From Cyanophora paradoxa CCMP329 (lineage: Eukaryota; Plantae; Glaucophyta): a stretch of DNA of 64,000 nucleotides. The notes below the pieces were generated by a model. It ran no database searches and had not been told where the DNA came from. It worked only from the letters and a program-made list of their open reading frames with translations. Below are positions 34,678-46,082 of this stretch, piece by piece (positions within the stretch are counted from its first letter, which is position 1; each line of letters starts with the position of its first letter). The stretch covers positions 124,001 to 188,000 of the forward strand of contig QPMI01000417.1 of the NCBI GenBank assembly GCA_004431415.1, given 5' to 3'. Made by a program: the position numbers and the translations under genes.

Positions 34678-37229
34678 ATGGCGAACCCGCTGGAGGGCAT
34701 GCGCACGATCGACTTCGTTAAAGGCGGCGAGCTGGAGGCTGCGCTCCACGGCCTGAGCATTCCGGCCAAGCGCACGCGCGAAGGCGCGCTGGCTAGCACG
34801 GCGAAGGCCGCGCCGCCTCAGGGGCCGCTATCGGTGCGTCCGCTGCGCGAGCGGACCGCCGTCGTGGCCGCCTACGAACCTCACGCTCTCGCGGCACAGA
34901 CGCTCAGCGACGCGGACCAGCTGCTCGTCCGCATCTTCTCCTTCGTGGGTCCCAACGTCCGAGCCGTCTCGAAGCTCGCGGCGGTCTGCCAGCGCTGGCG
35001 CGCGCTCTCCTACCGGTGCGCCGCGCGTGGTCCAGATCCTTCGCCCGCGAGCGTCCGCCGCGCGGCCGACGCATGGCCTCAGCGAGGAGCTGGATCTCGA
35101 GCTCATCGCGCGTCCGAGCGCGCGTAACAGCGAGAAGCTCGGCCTCGGCCGCTTCCCGTTCGCAATGCGCGGCCGCCAGATCACGGTTCGCGGACCTCTG
35201 TGCAGCCCGTCGCCTCGCCCCTGACCTCGCTGCAGACTTTGCGCGTCGCCCCTGACTCTGTTAACACGCACGGAAACGACCTGGGCCAGGTGCGCGCGGT
35301 CGAATCGCAGAATGAAGCCCCGACCCGGCGGCGGGCTGACTGAGTGAACCAAAGGTCGCGCACGAGCTCCCGCGGCTCGCCTCGTTCGACATTCGCCTCT
35401 TCGGTACGACGATGTGGTACGGGATGCCGTGCACGCTCAAGGTGCGGTCTAGATCTGGGATGTCGGCGCGGATTGAATTCCTCGTACGAAAGCGAATTTG
35501 ATCCGCGTCGCCTCAGATCCGGAACAGCGCCGTGCGGAGCCTTCGCCTACGCCGCGAATCGCCGGCCGCGCGGTGCGCGTCTTATCTTTCACGTCGAACG
35601 CTTTGGCCCCGGCCCCTCACGACTCCCGCGTCCGCTCAGCTTCCACATAAACTTGGACCTGCCCGCCCTGTCCAGCCTGCGCATCGACTGCTGCGCCGAG
35701 TGGACCGAGGTTAGAGTACCCCGCCATTCTCGCCCTGCCCCCGTAATCCCGAATCCGGGTACCCCGCAGGCGCAGCTCTGCTCGCTCGTGCAGGGGCGCA
35801 AGGGCCTCCTGTGCGTCCCCGTACCACCCCCCCTCCCACCGGCCCGGTAGCCCCCGCGTCACCAACCGGCGGCCGCGCAGGAGGGCCCACCTCAAGTTAC
35901 CCCCCGCCGAGGGCCAGGCACGTCTTCCCGCGCCCCCGAGAGCCGAACCCGCGCCCCCCCCTTGACGGAACCGTACCCCTCCAGGCGGACGAGGAGCGAA
36001 CCGGGGAGCTGCAGCGCGCGATCGTGACGCAGCTCGGGGTCTCCTGCCCCGATCTCGAGGTAGCTCGGTACCCCTCTCCTCGGCTCCTGGTTCCTGAATC
36101 GCGTACCCCCAGGACTTGAGCTTCGGCTCGGACGTGTTCGTACCCCTCGAGGTATACCTCTTCGCGCTCAAGGTGCGGGGTGTGGCCTTTTAGATTTCGT
36201 ACCCCCGTCTGAACGCGCTTTCGTACCCCCGGCGCAGGAGCTGTCGAAGCTGCGCTTCCTCCGCTTCGAACACTGCGCCGACAACCGCAACGACGCGATG
36301 CAGACGCTCACGGAGGCCGCGGCTAAGTGCGCGAGACCCGTACCCCGGTTTGCGGAGGGTTACGTCGTTCCGAGACCCGCCGCCACCCGCGTGCAGGAAC
36401 GGCGCCGAGCGAGTCGAGCTCCTGAGCTTCCCGTTCAAGTCCCAGGTCCCGCACCCGTACCCCGGACTTGTACCCCTATTCAAGCCTGCGGGGTACAGGA
36501 CCTCGCCCTCGTTCGCGCTGCGAAGCTCTTCCCCAACCTCCGCGCCCTCAAGGCGAGCGCTGCCGTACCCCACCCCCGTTCAATCCCGGCCATTGCGCTC
36601 ATCGTACCCCCCTCCATCCCCCTCAGTTCCCCGCCCACTTCTCGGGCGACGCCCTCTCCCTGGCTGCCCCCAACCTCACCGGCGTCCGCCGCGTCACGGT
36701 GCGCGCGGGCCGTACCCCTGCATCTAGGGTAATCACGTACTCAATGTCCGTTAATCGCGTACCCCTCCAGGTCCGCATGGACTCTGAGCGGCTTCGAGAG
36801 CTCCCCTCCCTCCTCGCGGATCTTGACGCCGCCTTCCCCACCCTCACGGTACCCCCCTAGCCCCCCGTTTTTTCACGTACCCGCCTCTTGACTCCTTCCC
36901 CCCGGGGGGTACGCCAGGAGCTGCTCCTTGATTTCAAGTACCACCATAAGGAGACGGGCCTACGGGGCGCCGCGGCGGCGGCCGCCTTCCCGCCGGCGCT
37001 CGCCGCGCGGATCCGCTACCTATCCCTTCGGCACGCGGCGATCGACGACGCCGGCCTGGCCGCCCTCCTCGCCGCCCTTCCGGTCCTGGACGAGCTCGAT
37101 GTAAGGGACTGCCTCTCGCTCTCTATGGAGTGCCTCCCGACGCTGCGGGCGCGGCGCCTTCGCCGCCTCCGCATGGAGGGGCTGCTCCAGTGGGGGGCCG
37201 AGGGCGCCCCCGAGTGGCTCATAGACTGA
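34678..37229 (+). CDS. F-box/LRR protein
   Basis: F-box LSDADQLLVRIFSFVG..LAAVCQRWRALS; LRR-like exons LPALSSLRIDCC, CPDLEDLSFG, FPNLRALK and LPVLDELDVRDCLSLSMECL. Confidence 0.85.
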
Positions 37230-37470
37230 GCAGCTAGCGTTGTCTGCACGACAGGCCTTGAATGCAATTCAATTACTGTTACAGTTTATGCATTCCTGCA
37301 GATCCGTGTGCACAATTTAACTTGCAGGCCCGGCTCTCGCCACAGCCAGCCGCGGGCCGGGGCCTGCAGGGGCGCGTAAGGACACGGGCCGGTGCAGCCT
37401 GCAGCTGGCAATGGGGAAGATATGCGCACCCGCGCAGGATCGACGGAGCTCGAGCGAGCGGCGCTTGCGC

Positions 37471-38213
37471 TCACGACGAGAGCGGGTCCTCGCCACCCTC
37501 CTCGTTCACGTACTGCGCGAGGACGAGCTCAGAAATCGAATTCGAAAACGGCGGGCTCACGATCAAATTTTAAAATGAAAAGCTCGAGCGCACGTCGCCT
37601 CCGCGGTGAAGCGCCGCGAGCCGCGCCGACTCCTGCCGCGCCTCCTTGGAGCGGTGCGCGGAGCCCTGCCCGCCCTTCACGGCCCGCTCGTGCAGCGTCT
37701 TCGGGTCGATCCCTGCGCGCCCCGTCCTCGAATTTGCTCCCGAGGCTGGAATCCAAGAGCGAGGCGCCCGCGCGCACGGGAAACGTCGGGCGTCAGCGGC
37801 GCATCCTTCTCGTCGTCCTCCGCGAGCTCCGCGAACTCCGGGCTGCGCCGGGCGCCTCGGGCCCGCGAAAGGAGCAAAGAGGTCGAGGCCGCCGCGCGCA
37901 CCGTTCGAGATGGTGGTCGCCCCTGGGCGAAAAAGAATTAGACGTCGACGGAATCGCTCTCGAAATGGCTGCGGCTTGCGGACCTCTTATGCTTGTGCGC
38001 GACTTCCTCGGGAGTGAGATTTTTCTCCTGCGAGGGCGTCGGAAAAGCGGCAGAACGAAGTGAAAGATGCGCGTACGTCGGCAATAATATTCCTGCGCGA
38101 AGGCGACGCGCGCAGCTCTCAGAATCAATTTTCGCCGAGTCGGGCCAGGTGTTGCGCTGGACGCGCAGGGACCGCGCGCACTTGGGGTCGATGTCGGCAA
38201 TGGATCCAGACAT
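37471..38213 (-). CDS. Small hydrophilic protein of 7 short exons with a KGG-like motif; absent from the ORF track
   Basis: Phase-consistent product MSGSIADIDPKNIIADEKNLTPEEVAHKHKRGDHHLERPEFAELAEDDEKDAPLTPDVSRIDPKTLHERAVKGGQGSAHRSKEARQESARLAALHRGGDYVNEEGGEDPLSS*. Confidence 0.72.
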
Positions 38214-38378
38214 CCTGCAGATTGCTGTGGTTGCGAAAGCGGGTCGACGTCGCTGAAGCTCGCTCGAGCTCGAACTTGCCAACTTGGCACTTGCCTGGGG
38301 AGGGGTACGTATACGGACCAAGCCTTGCGACTGCTCCCAGCAGCGCCCCCGCGGCCAGCTGCAGCGGGAGGAGCTGGC

Positions 38379-40756
38379 ATGGCGGTCAGCATTCGCAGCG
38401 TGGCGATCCGGGAGCCGCGGCACGTGCGCGTGAGCGATGCGATCCAGGCGGTCGCGCTGCCGGGCCTCGGCAGGGCGTACGTCGCAACCCGGCCGATCCG
38501 AGTCGGCGAGCTGGTGAGCGAGAAGTTCATAGCAGCGCTTGCTTCGCCCGCGGCCGGCTTCTAAGCGCCGCGCGCAGCTGCTGGAGGAAACGCCGTTCTT
38601 CGTGGCGCGCGGGATCGAGGTGGCGAGCGCTGACGCAGCCAGAAGCGATTGGGGTGCGCGCTGCTTTCCCTCTCTAGATTGGCGCGATGCCGCCCGAGCT
38701 AAAAGGTCTAGCCCGCGCCGAGCGCCCTCGCGCTTTCTCAGCATGCGGAGCCCGGAGCTGGGGCTCGGGCTAAGTCTAGATCTGCACATGCCTTTGCTGT
38801 GCTTTAGCTTCAGAGCGTCCCGTCGGCATACGCCGCGGCTCGACAACCTTGAGCTGACGACCACCGGCGCCCCGCCCCGCCCCGCAGGATCCTTCCTCTG
38901 CGGCCGCCCGCGCTTCCTGTGCGCGGCAACGATCCTGGCGGATCCGCACGCCCGCGCCGCCCTGTCTTCCCTGTACCCCCGCGCCGCCGACGGGGACGAG
39001 CTGCCTCCGGAGTACGCGAACCTCGCGGAGGAGGCGGGGTACGCCCGCGAGCTGCTGATCCGCCACAACCGGGCGGCCTTTCTGCGCGGCGTACCGCCTT
39101 CGGACTTCACCCGGGCCTGCGCCGAGGTCGACCTGAACGCGTTCGCCACGAAGGTGACCGGACTTCCCGTACCCCCCTTTGCCCGTGCTGATTCTCGTAC
39201 CCCAGCGGGACATGGACAAGGGGCTAGCCCTCTACGAGCGCGCAAGCCTCTTCAACCACGAGTGAGCGTACCCCCTTCTCCCCCCCCCCCCCCCCCCGCC
39301 CCAGCGGCGCCCGTCTGGGCGGGACGTGCCGAGCTTCATCTTATTCGGAGGCGCGTACCCCCAGCTGCTGGCCGAACTGCCGCTGGTCCCAGTCGCCCGG
39401 CGAGGCTATTTGCGTCCGCGCGGCTCGCGAGATCGCCCCTGGGGAGCCAGCCACGATCCAGTACCAGGTACGCGTACCCCTCTCAATCCAGCGCGTACCC
39501 CTCGGGCGAGTGAGAGGGACGGGTACAGAGCTCGTACGCGCCGAGGGTGCGGCGGCAGCGGAGTCTTCGAAAGGCGCTGCTGTTCTCCTGTGGATGCGCG
39601 CGGTGCAGGCGGGAGGAGGAGGAGGAGGGGAAGGACGAGGAGAGGGCCCGGGCGGGCGAGGGGGCGGGGGCGGATCCGGGAGCCGCGGGGCAGGCGCGGG
39701 GTCCGGGCGAGGACGGGCGGAGGGCGCCGTTCGAGGCCTTCCGAACGGCGGCGGCGGCGGCGGGGACCGGCCCCCCCGGGACGCGGCCGGAGCGGGCGCT
39801 GGCGGCGTGGCGCGCGCTGAGGGCGGACGCGACCGCATCCCGCGAGCCGAGAGTCAGCTGGCTCTGGCACGAGGTAAGAGCGGCTTTGAATGCTAACAGC
39901 GTACCCCGCCTCTTTCTAAGGCCGCCCCGCCCCGAAGGCGCGGCTCCGACTTATGGCGGCGATCCTTCCGGCGGTGCTGGAGGACCGGTCGCCCGCCCGT
40001 TCTTCCTCCCCTTCTTCCGCGCCGGCTGCGGCGGCGGCGGCGGCGCTGGCGGACGTGGGGCGCGAGGAGGTCCTTCCCCCCCCCCCGCGCCGTTTAAACG
40101 TGTACCCCCGCCTCTGACCCGCGTGTACCCCCTGCCGGGCGCAGATCGAGGCGCAGGCGGCGGCGTGCCCCTTCGTGGATCCCGAGGCGTGCCCGTACCC
40201 CTTCTACTTCACCGCGTACCTTGACACCAAAATTCGTACCCCTGACGCACTCCGCAGGTTGTCGACGCGTACCTCTTAGGGGCCGACGCGGCCGGGGGCC
40301 CGCTGGAGGGGAAGGAAGGGGGTACAGGCAGCGACGAGTTCCGCGAGGCGCAGCGGCGGTACCTCCACGCGGTCCGCCACAATAACCCTCTTCCTCGAAT
40401 CCTGTACCCCCTCCTGAACACGCCTCAGGTGAAATACACGCCACGAGAGCGGGGAGCGCTCTTCTACCCCTCCGGCAAGCCTCCCCCCTTCCCCTCGCCC
40501 CCGCTTTATCTCCGACTCAATGGGCCGCGCAGGGCTACCGGACCGCCTTGCTGAGGACCCGAACGCCACGGGGGGTACGGCTCCTTCGGCGTCGACGGGC
40601 GCCGGCAGCGGGGCGGGAGGGGGTACGGGCACGAGCCGGAGCGCGAAGGCGCGGGCGAGGAGAAAAGCGAAGGGGGCGGAGGGGTCCGGAGCGGCGCCCG
40701 GAGCAGATGTATGTAGCAATGGACACAGTGGCTATATTAAGGGCATCGATTCGTAA
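38379..40756 (+). CDS. SET-domain lysine methyltransferase (SMYD-like, with post-SET Cys motif)
   Basis: PGLGRAYVATRPIRVGELLLEETP..DLNAF..LALYERASLFNH(D)CWPNC..VRAAREIAPGEPATIQY..LLFSCGCARC. Confidence 0.9.
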
Positions 40757-41369
40757 ACGTATACGAAGAGGATGCACGCCACGTGCACGGCGCGAGTGGG
40801 GGCGGAGCGCGAAGGCGCGGGCCAGGAGGAACTTCGGAAATTCGAAATCCGGCATATATACACCAGTACTAGTACTTTTCGAGCGAACGATTGCTGCAAT
40901 TGCAAACCATTTCTTCGTGTCTATTTTGATTGACCTTCCACATGTACGTGTCCTCTGATAACGGCATGTTCTTGATCCAGATGAACGCCACACATATGTA
41001 ACGTCCATCGGCAACCTAAGCCTAGCGATCGGGTGTGGTCCGACAGACAGCCAGCGCTACGGAAGGGGGCCGAGGGGCACGCGTACGGCGACCTCACGCT
41101 GGTGGGCCCCGCGCGGGGGTACGTGTCCTGGAGGCGCCCCCGGCCCCGGCCGCGGCCGTGCCCTGGCCATGGCGCCTGGTCAAGCTCCGATCCGAGCCAT
41201 GAATTCGGATCCGGGTCCTAGGGGCGGGGGCACCTCGAGCTCACGAACGGCCGCCGGCCGCCCGATCGGGGGGCGGAGCTCGGGTCCCCGATCATCAAAT
41301 CCGACGGGGGTACCTTATCGCCGAGCCCCGCGCGCCGTACCCGTGTCGACGTCATTCGGGCCCCGGCCT

Positions 41370-42541
41370 CTATTTCGAATTTGCGGTCGAACCCGACGGC
41401 AGCTCCGCGGCGACCGACTCGATTTCCTGCAGGCGCGGGGGGGGGGTACGCTAGTCAGGCCCTTCGGCTCAAACAATCCGAGGTACAGCGTGGATCGACC
41501 CAACGGACCTTGGCTAGGCTGACGCGGAGAAGACTATCGCGGCGATCTGCGCGGGGCCGGCCCGGCGGGGCCCCAGGGGGTCGGGGTCGGCGACCCGCCG
41601 CGGGGGGACGAGGCGGGGGGTACACGAGGGAGGGGGTACGCGCGCACGTTGGGGGGTACCTCGAGGTTGAACTCGTCCACGCGGCGGTTGACGGCCGCCG
41701 CCTCTTCCTGCGCGGACCGGCGCGCGCGTTGCAGGGGTACGCGATGCGCCCTCCGCGGCGCGCGCGTACCCCGAACCGCTCCTCCAGTACCCCCCTCCAG
41801 CCGTCCTCGGGACACGCGCCGCGCTGCGCCAGCGCCAGCGCCGCTCGTATGCGGCCGCGGAGCAGCCGCCTCGCCTCGTCTACCTGCCGGGATCCCGCGC
41901 TTGCTATTGTCACGAAGCCGCCGGAAGGACGGGGCGTGGCACCTCCTGCTGAAGCTCGATCCAGCGGGGCACGACCTGTGGGCCGGGGAGGGCTCAGCTG
42001 TTAGCTCCAGAGGCGCAGAGACGAGCCCCGCGCGCGAGTCGCTCTGATCATAAGCCTTGCGCACCCTGTTGTGCCCCAGCGCCCGATTGAACAGATCCAC
42101 TGCAGGCGGCGCGCCAGCGGGCGAGCTTGAGCCCGGGAAAAAAAGGGCGCATAAGAATAACGGCGCTGGCTCGTCCGGTCGGTGAAGGGGTTCGCGGGGG
42201 CGAGGTTGAGCGGCTTGCCCTTGCCCGAGAGATTGTCGGCGGCGCCCTGCTTTCACCGCCTCGCGCGTCCGCGCCTCCACCTGCTCGCGCCTAGCGATCG
42301 GTCAGCGCTAGCGATCGATTGCCTTGGTTAGTCGGGGCGCAGGCGCGAGCTTCTTCTTCGTCTCTGCTCCGAGCGAGCGTCGCGCACCGGACTCGCTCCG
42401 TCTTCGGCGCTTCCTTCGCGCGCTGGCGCTTTTCGCCATGAAGCGGTTGTACGCGGCCTGCGGGCCCGGGCTCGAGCTGGCCGCCCTCGCGCTCCGGACC
42501 GCCCGGCCGGCGGACGCCAGCCGGCACGCCGGTAGCTTCAT
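41370..42541 (-). CDS. DUF1992 / DNAJC28-conserved-domain protein with a probable organellar presequence and one apparent frameshift near 42247-42253
   Basis: VEARTREAV[+1 nt]..[56 protein letters not shown], matching the DUF1992 pattern; Arg/Ser/Ala-rich N-terminus. Confidence 0.8.
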
Positions 42542-42666
42542 GTCAGCCCGCGCGTCGCTCCAGAGGGGCCGACAACGTGAGAGCAGCAAGTTCCGACGCA
42601 GCAAACGGGGTACGCAACCTACGCGGGGTACGGCAGTTCGTCCACATTATCGCGCAGCACAGCAGC

Positions 42667-43837
42667 ATGGCGTTCGTTTCCAGCGCCCCCCTCGTCGCTA
42701 AGGCCAGCAGCCCGGCTGCGGCCCTCAAGCCGGCTGCGTGCGAGGCTGCCAAGCCTGTGCGCGCAACTGTCGGTGCCGCGCCGGCTGCGCGCCAGTTCAT
42801 CGGCCAGAAGGCTTTCTTCGGCCAGTCCGAGCTGCGCGCTGCCCCCGCTGCCGCTGCGCCGGCTGCCCCCGCCGCGATCAGCGCCGTTTCCGCGGCCCCC
42901 GACACCGCGACCGATCTGCCCAAGTCGACCAAGCCGCTCATGATCAGCCCCTCTATTCTCTCGGCGAACTTTGCCAAGCTCGGCGAGGAGGTTGCGGCGG
43001 TTGACAAGGCCGGCGCGGACTGGATCCACGTCGATGTGATGGACGGCCGCTTCGTGCCCAACATCACCATCGGCCCGCTCGTCGTCGATGCCCTCCGCCC
43101 CGTTACCGAGAAGCCCCTCGATGTGCACCTTATGATCGTCGAGCCGGAGCTGCGCATCCCCGACTTCGCCAAGGCTGGCGCCGACATCATCTCGGTCCAC
43201 GCTGAGCAGTCCTCGACCATCCACCTTCACCGTGTGGTGAACCAGATCAAGGACCTCGGCAAGATGGCCGGCGTCGTGCTCAACCCGGGCACCCCCGCCA
43301 GCACCATCGAGTACGTTCTCGAGGAGATCGACCTCATCCTGCTCATGTCCGTCAACCCCGTGCGTTCTTTCTCACAGTCCCAAGCCCCCCCCCCTCGCTT
43401 TTCGCCCGCGCCTGACCGGTTGCGCGCGCTCCCTGCGCAGGGCTTCGGTGGCCAAGCCTACATCCCCAGCTGCGAGCGCAAGATCCGCGAGCTGCGGCGC
43501 ATGTGCGTTGAGCGTGGCGTCGACCCCTGGATCGAGGTACGCGCTCCGCGCGCACGCCCCGCCGCCGCTGGTCTGTTCGCCTGGAGCCCGTTCTGATCGC
43601 CGCGGCCGCGGCCGGTCTAGATTGACGGCGGCATCAAGGGTGACAACGCGTGGCGCGTGATGGAGGCCGGCGCGAACGCCCTGGTCGCTGGCTCCGCGGT
43701 CTTCAACTCGCCCGACTACGCCAAGGTCCGGCTCTGCGCTTCTTTCCTCTCAGCATTCGTTCCATCCGTTCTTCTCCTCATCGCTCGTTCCTTGCGCGCA
43801 GGCGATCACTGACATCCGCAACTCGAAGCGCCCTTAA
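42667..43837 (+). CDS. RPE: Plastid-targeted ribulose-phosphate 3-epimerase (4 exons)
   Basis: [66 protein letters not shown]; transit peptide [13 protein letters not shown]. Confidence 0.98.
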
Positions 43838-44188
43838 GCGCGTGGACCCTGTCCCGCGATTCCTTTTTTGAGAGGGGAGGCCTTCGCTATCGATCCTTAC
43901 TCGTGTCTATAGGGGGTGCGCGCTGCGTGCTATGATCAGGTTTATAGTTGTTTGTTCGCAATACAGTAAGTAGGTCCCACTAATCTCGAAACCTCTAGCG
44001 GGACTATGGGATGGCATTGCACGCCCGCGAGACCCCGGGCCCTAGTAGCACTGTCTCTGTCTTCCTGATCACCTATTGAAAGTAAAGAGAGAACCGACCT
44101 ATCTAAATCTAGCACCGGCGGCATCGATGCAGCCGTCCTGCTCTACCCTGGCCCGAGCTCGAGAACGTGACGATCTACGAAGGCTACT

Positions 44189-45596
44189 TTAAACGGCGCT
44201 CTCCCAGAAGTCGTCGTCGCTGAAGACCTTGACCAGGACCTTCTCCCGGTCCGGGAGGGCGTACATGCACGAACGCACCTGCCGCCGCCTCGTCAGGCGG
44301 GCCCACAGCCGCAGATGTTGGGCCCGGAAAGGGTCCGGGGATGAAACGTGGCGCACCAGCTCGCCGTCGACCTGAGAGACCGGACAGGGCGCGCGCGCGG
44401 GGCGAGTGGCGGGTCAGGGCCGGGCGGCTGTCTGAAGCCGCTGAGCGGGACTCAAATCACTGCACCTCGACCTGCGCGGCAGAAAACTCTGCGTGAGAAG
44501 AAGCGCATGAATGCAAGTCTCGAATTAGCGCTCCAGCGCACCTCGCACTGGTAGCACGAGCCGACGCTGCGAATGCGAATGGCTCGTCAGCGCTAGACCC
44601 TCATTTCGAACTCCGGCGTGCGGGGCGCGAAGCGGAGTGCGCACAGGCAGCTCCGCGGTATCTCGACACCCGCCCGGTCCGCCACGCTCATTAGGTTCTG
44701 CCCCGGCTGCACGGGCCGCGTGAGAGACAGCCGCGGCGTTCGACAGCGGGTGGCGCTAGCGCTAGCGCTTGCCGTCGCCGTCGCCGACACGTCCTCAGCA
44801 GTGAAGTAGATCTGCGCAGCCCGGCAAGCGCTCGCAAGTCAGCGCAGCTCGGCAAGCGCTCGCGAGTCAGCTCCGTGCACCTCCACGGTTGCATCAGCAT
44901 CGCTCACGGCGTCGGACGGCGTTCGTATCACGACCTGCTCAGTGGAGGGGTCGAACGACGGTCTCGCCCCTTGGATTGCGGACGCCATGCAGCACCTCGT
45001 CGTAACCCTCTGGGGGCTGGCCGACCTGCGCGCCGCAGGCGAGGACGGGACCGAACCCCTCGAGCTCCACCGCGCAGCGGTTGCAGAGGCCGGTCAAGCA
45101 GTCACGATCGATGCGGACTTCAAGAGAATCTGCGACGTTCATGATGTTGTCACCGGCCTGCGGCGTGCGCGGGTCAGAGGGCCCACAGCTGCAGGTGATA
45201 AACCGGCCGCGAACAGCCCGCCCAGCTGGCGCCGCTGGCGCCGGTTTTGGGAGTGAAGCGTACGCGCTTCTTGCATGTGTTCGTAGCGCGGGCTGATCTA
45301 GCTGGGCGCAGCACGGCGGGGCGGGGCACCTTCACTTCTGCGGTCTTTTTGCTAGGCAGGAAGCGGATCGTCACGCGCCGCTCTCTCTCCGCCTGCGCCG
45401 CAGCCTTGATGGCCTCCAGATCGAACGTGCGTATACGCTTCGCGCTGTCGCCGGCACCGCCATCTGGGGGCGGCGCTGGCGCGCTCGCCGAGCAAGTCGC
45501 TGCGCCACGGCCACTTCCGCCGCCGCTCCTCCCATGCACTGGCTTTCGCGCGCGCAGCGCAGGCCCCAGGGCCGGCAGCGAGAAGGCCGACCTCAT
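44189..45596 (-). CDS. Plastid-targeted protein with two tandem small 2Fe-2S ferredoxin domains
   Basis: Domain 1 VTIRFLP..AGDNIMNVADSLEVRIDRDCLTGLCNRCAVELEGFGPVLAC. Domain 2 PGQNLMSVADRAGVEIPRSCLVGSCYQCEVEVDGELVRSCMYALP..FSDDDFW. CX4CX2C..C occurs twice; N-terminus MRSAFS. Confidence 0.9.
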
Positions 45597-46082
45597 GCGG
45601 CTGCCAGAGAGGTGTACCCGTCACTGTCTCGTTCCCCATCGGTGCGCAACAAACCTGCCCGCCTAGGCCGCTCTGGGGCGCCCCGATGCGTGGGGTAGTG
45701 CGGGGGGCGTCCTGGCGACCTCCCAGCTTGACCTTGGCGGAGCGTCCGTTGTATCAAAGTCGCGTGGCTAGCTGAGCAGCGGGGCCTTCCAGCCGCTCCC
45801 CTCACGCTTTCGAACATCTAGCCGATCGTTCTTTGTGTCGAGCAAGCACCGCGCTGATCCCCTGGCTGCAGAGCCGGCGGCATCTTGTTCGCAGGGCATC
45901 CGCCCGGACATCTTCGCACCCTAAAGGTAGCTTAGCCGCCCGTCTAATAGGCTCTGCAATCTTCCGCTGACGATGCCTATTCCGCAGTTCGGTTGTTCCG
46001 TTCAGTCGGTGAGCGCCCGTCTCCGCCTCCCCGCGCCTCAGCCGCTCCCTAACCGCCTGCGTTTGTACTGTAGACACGCTAA

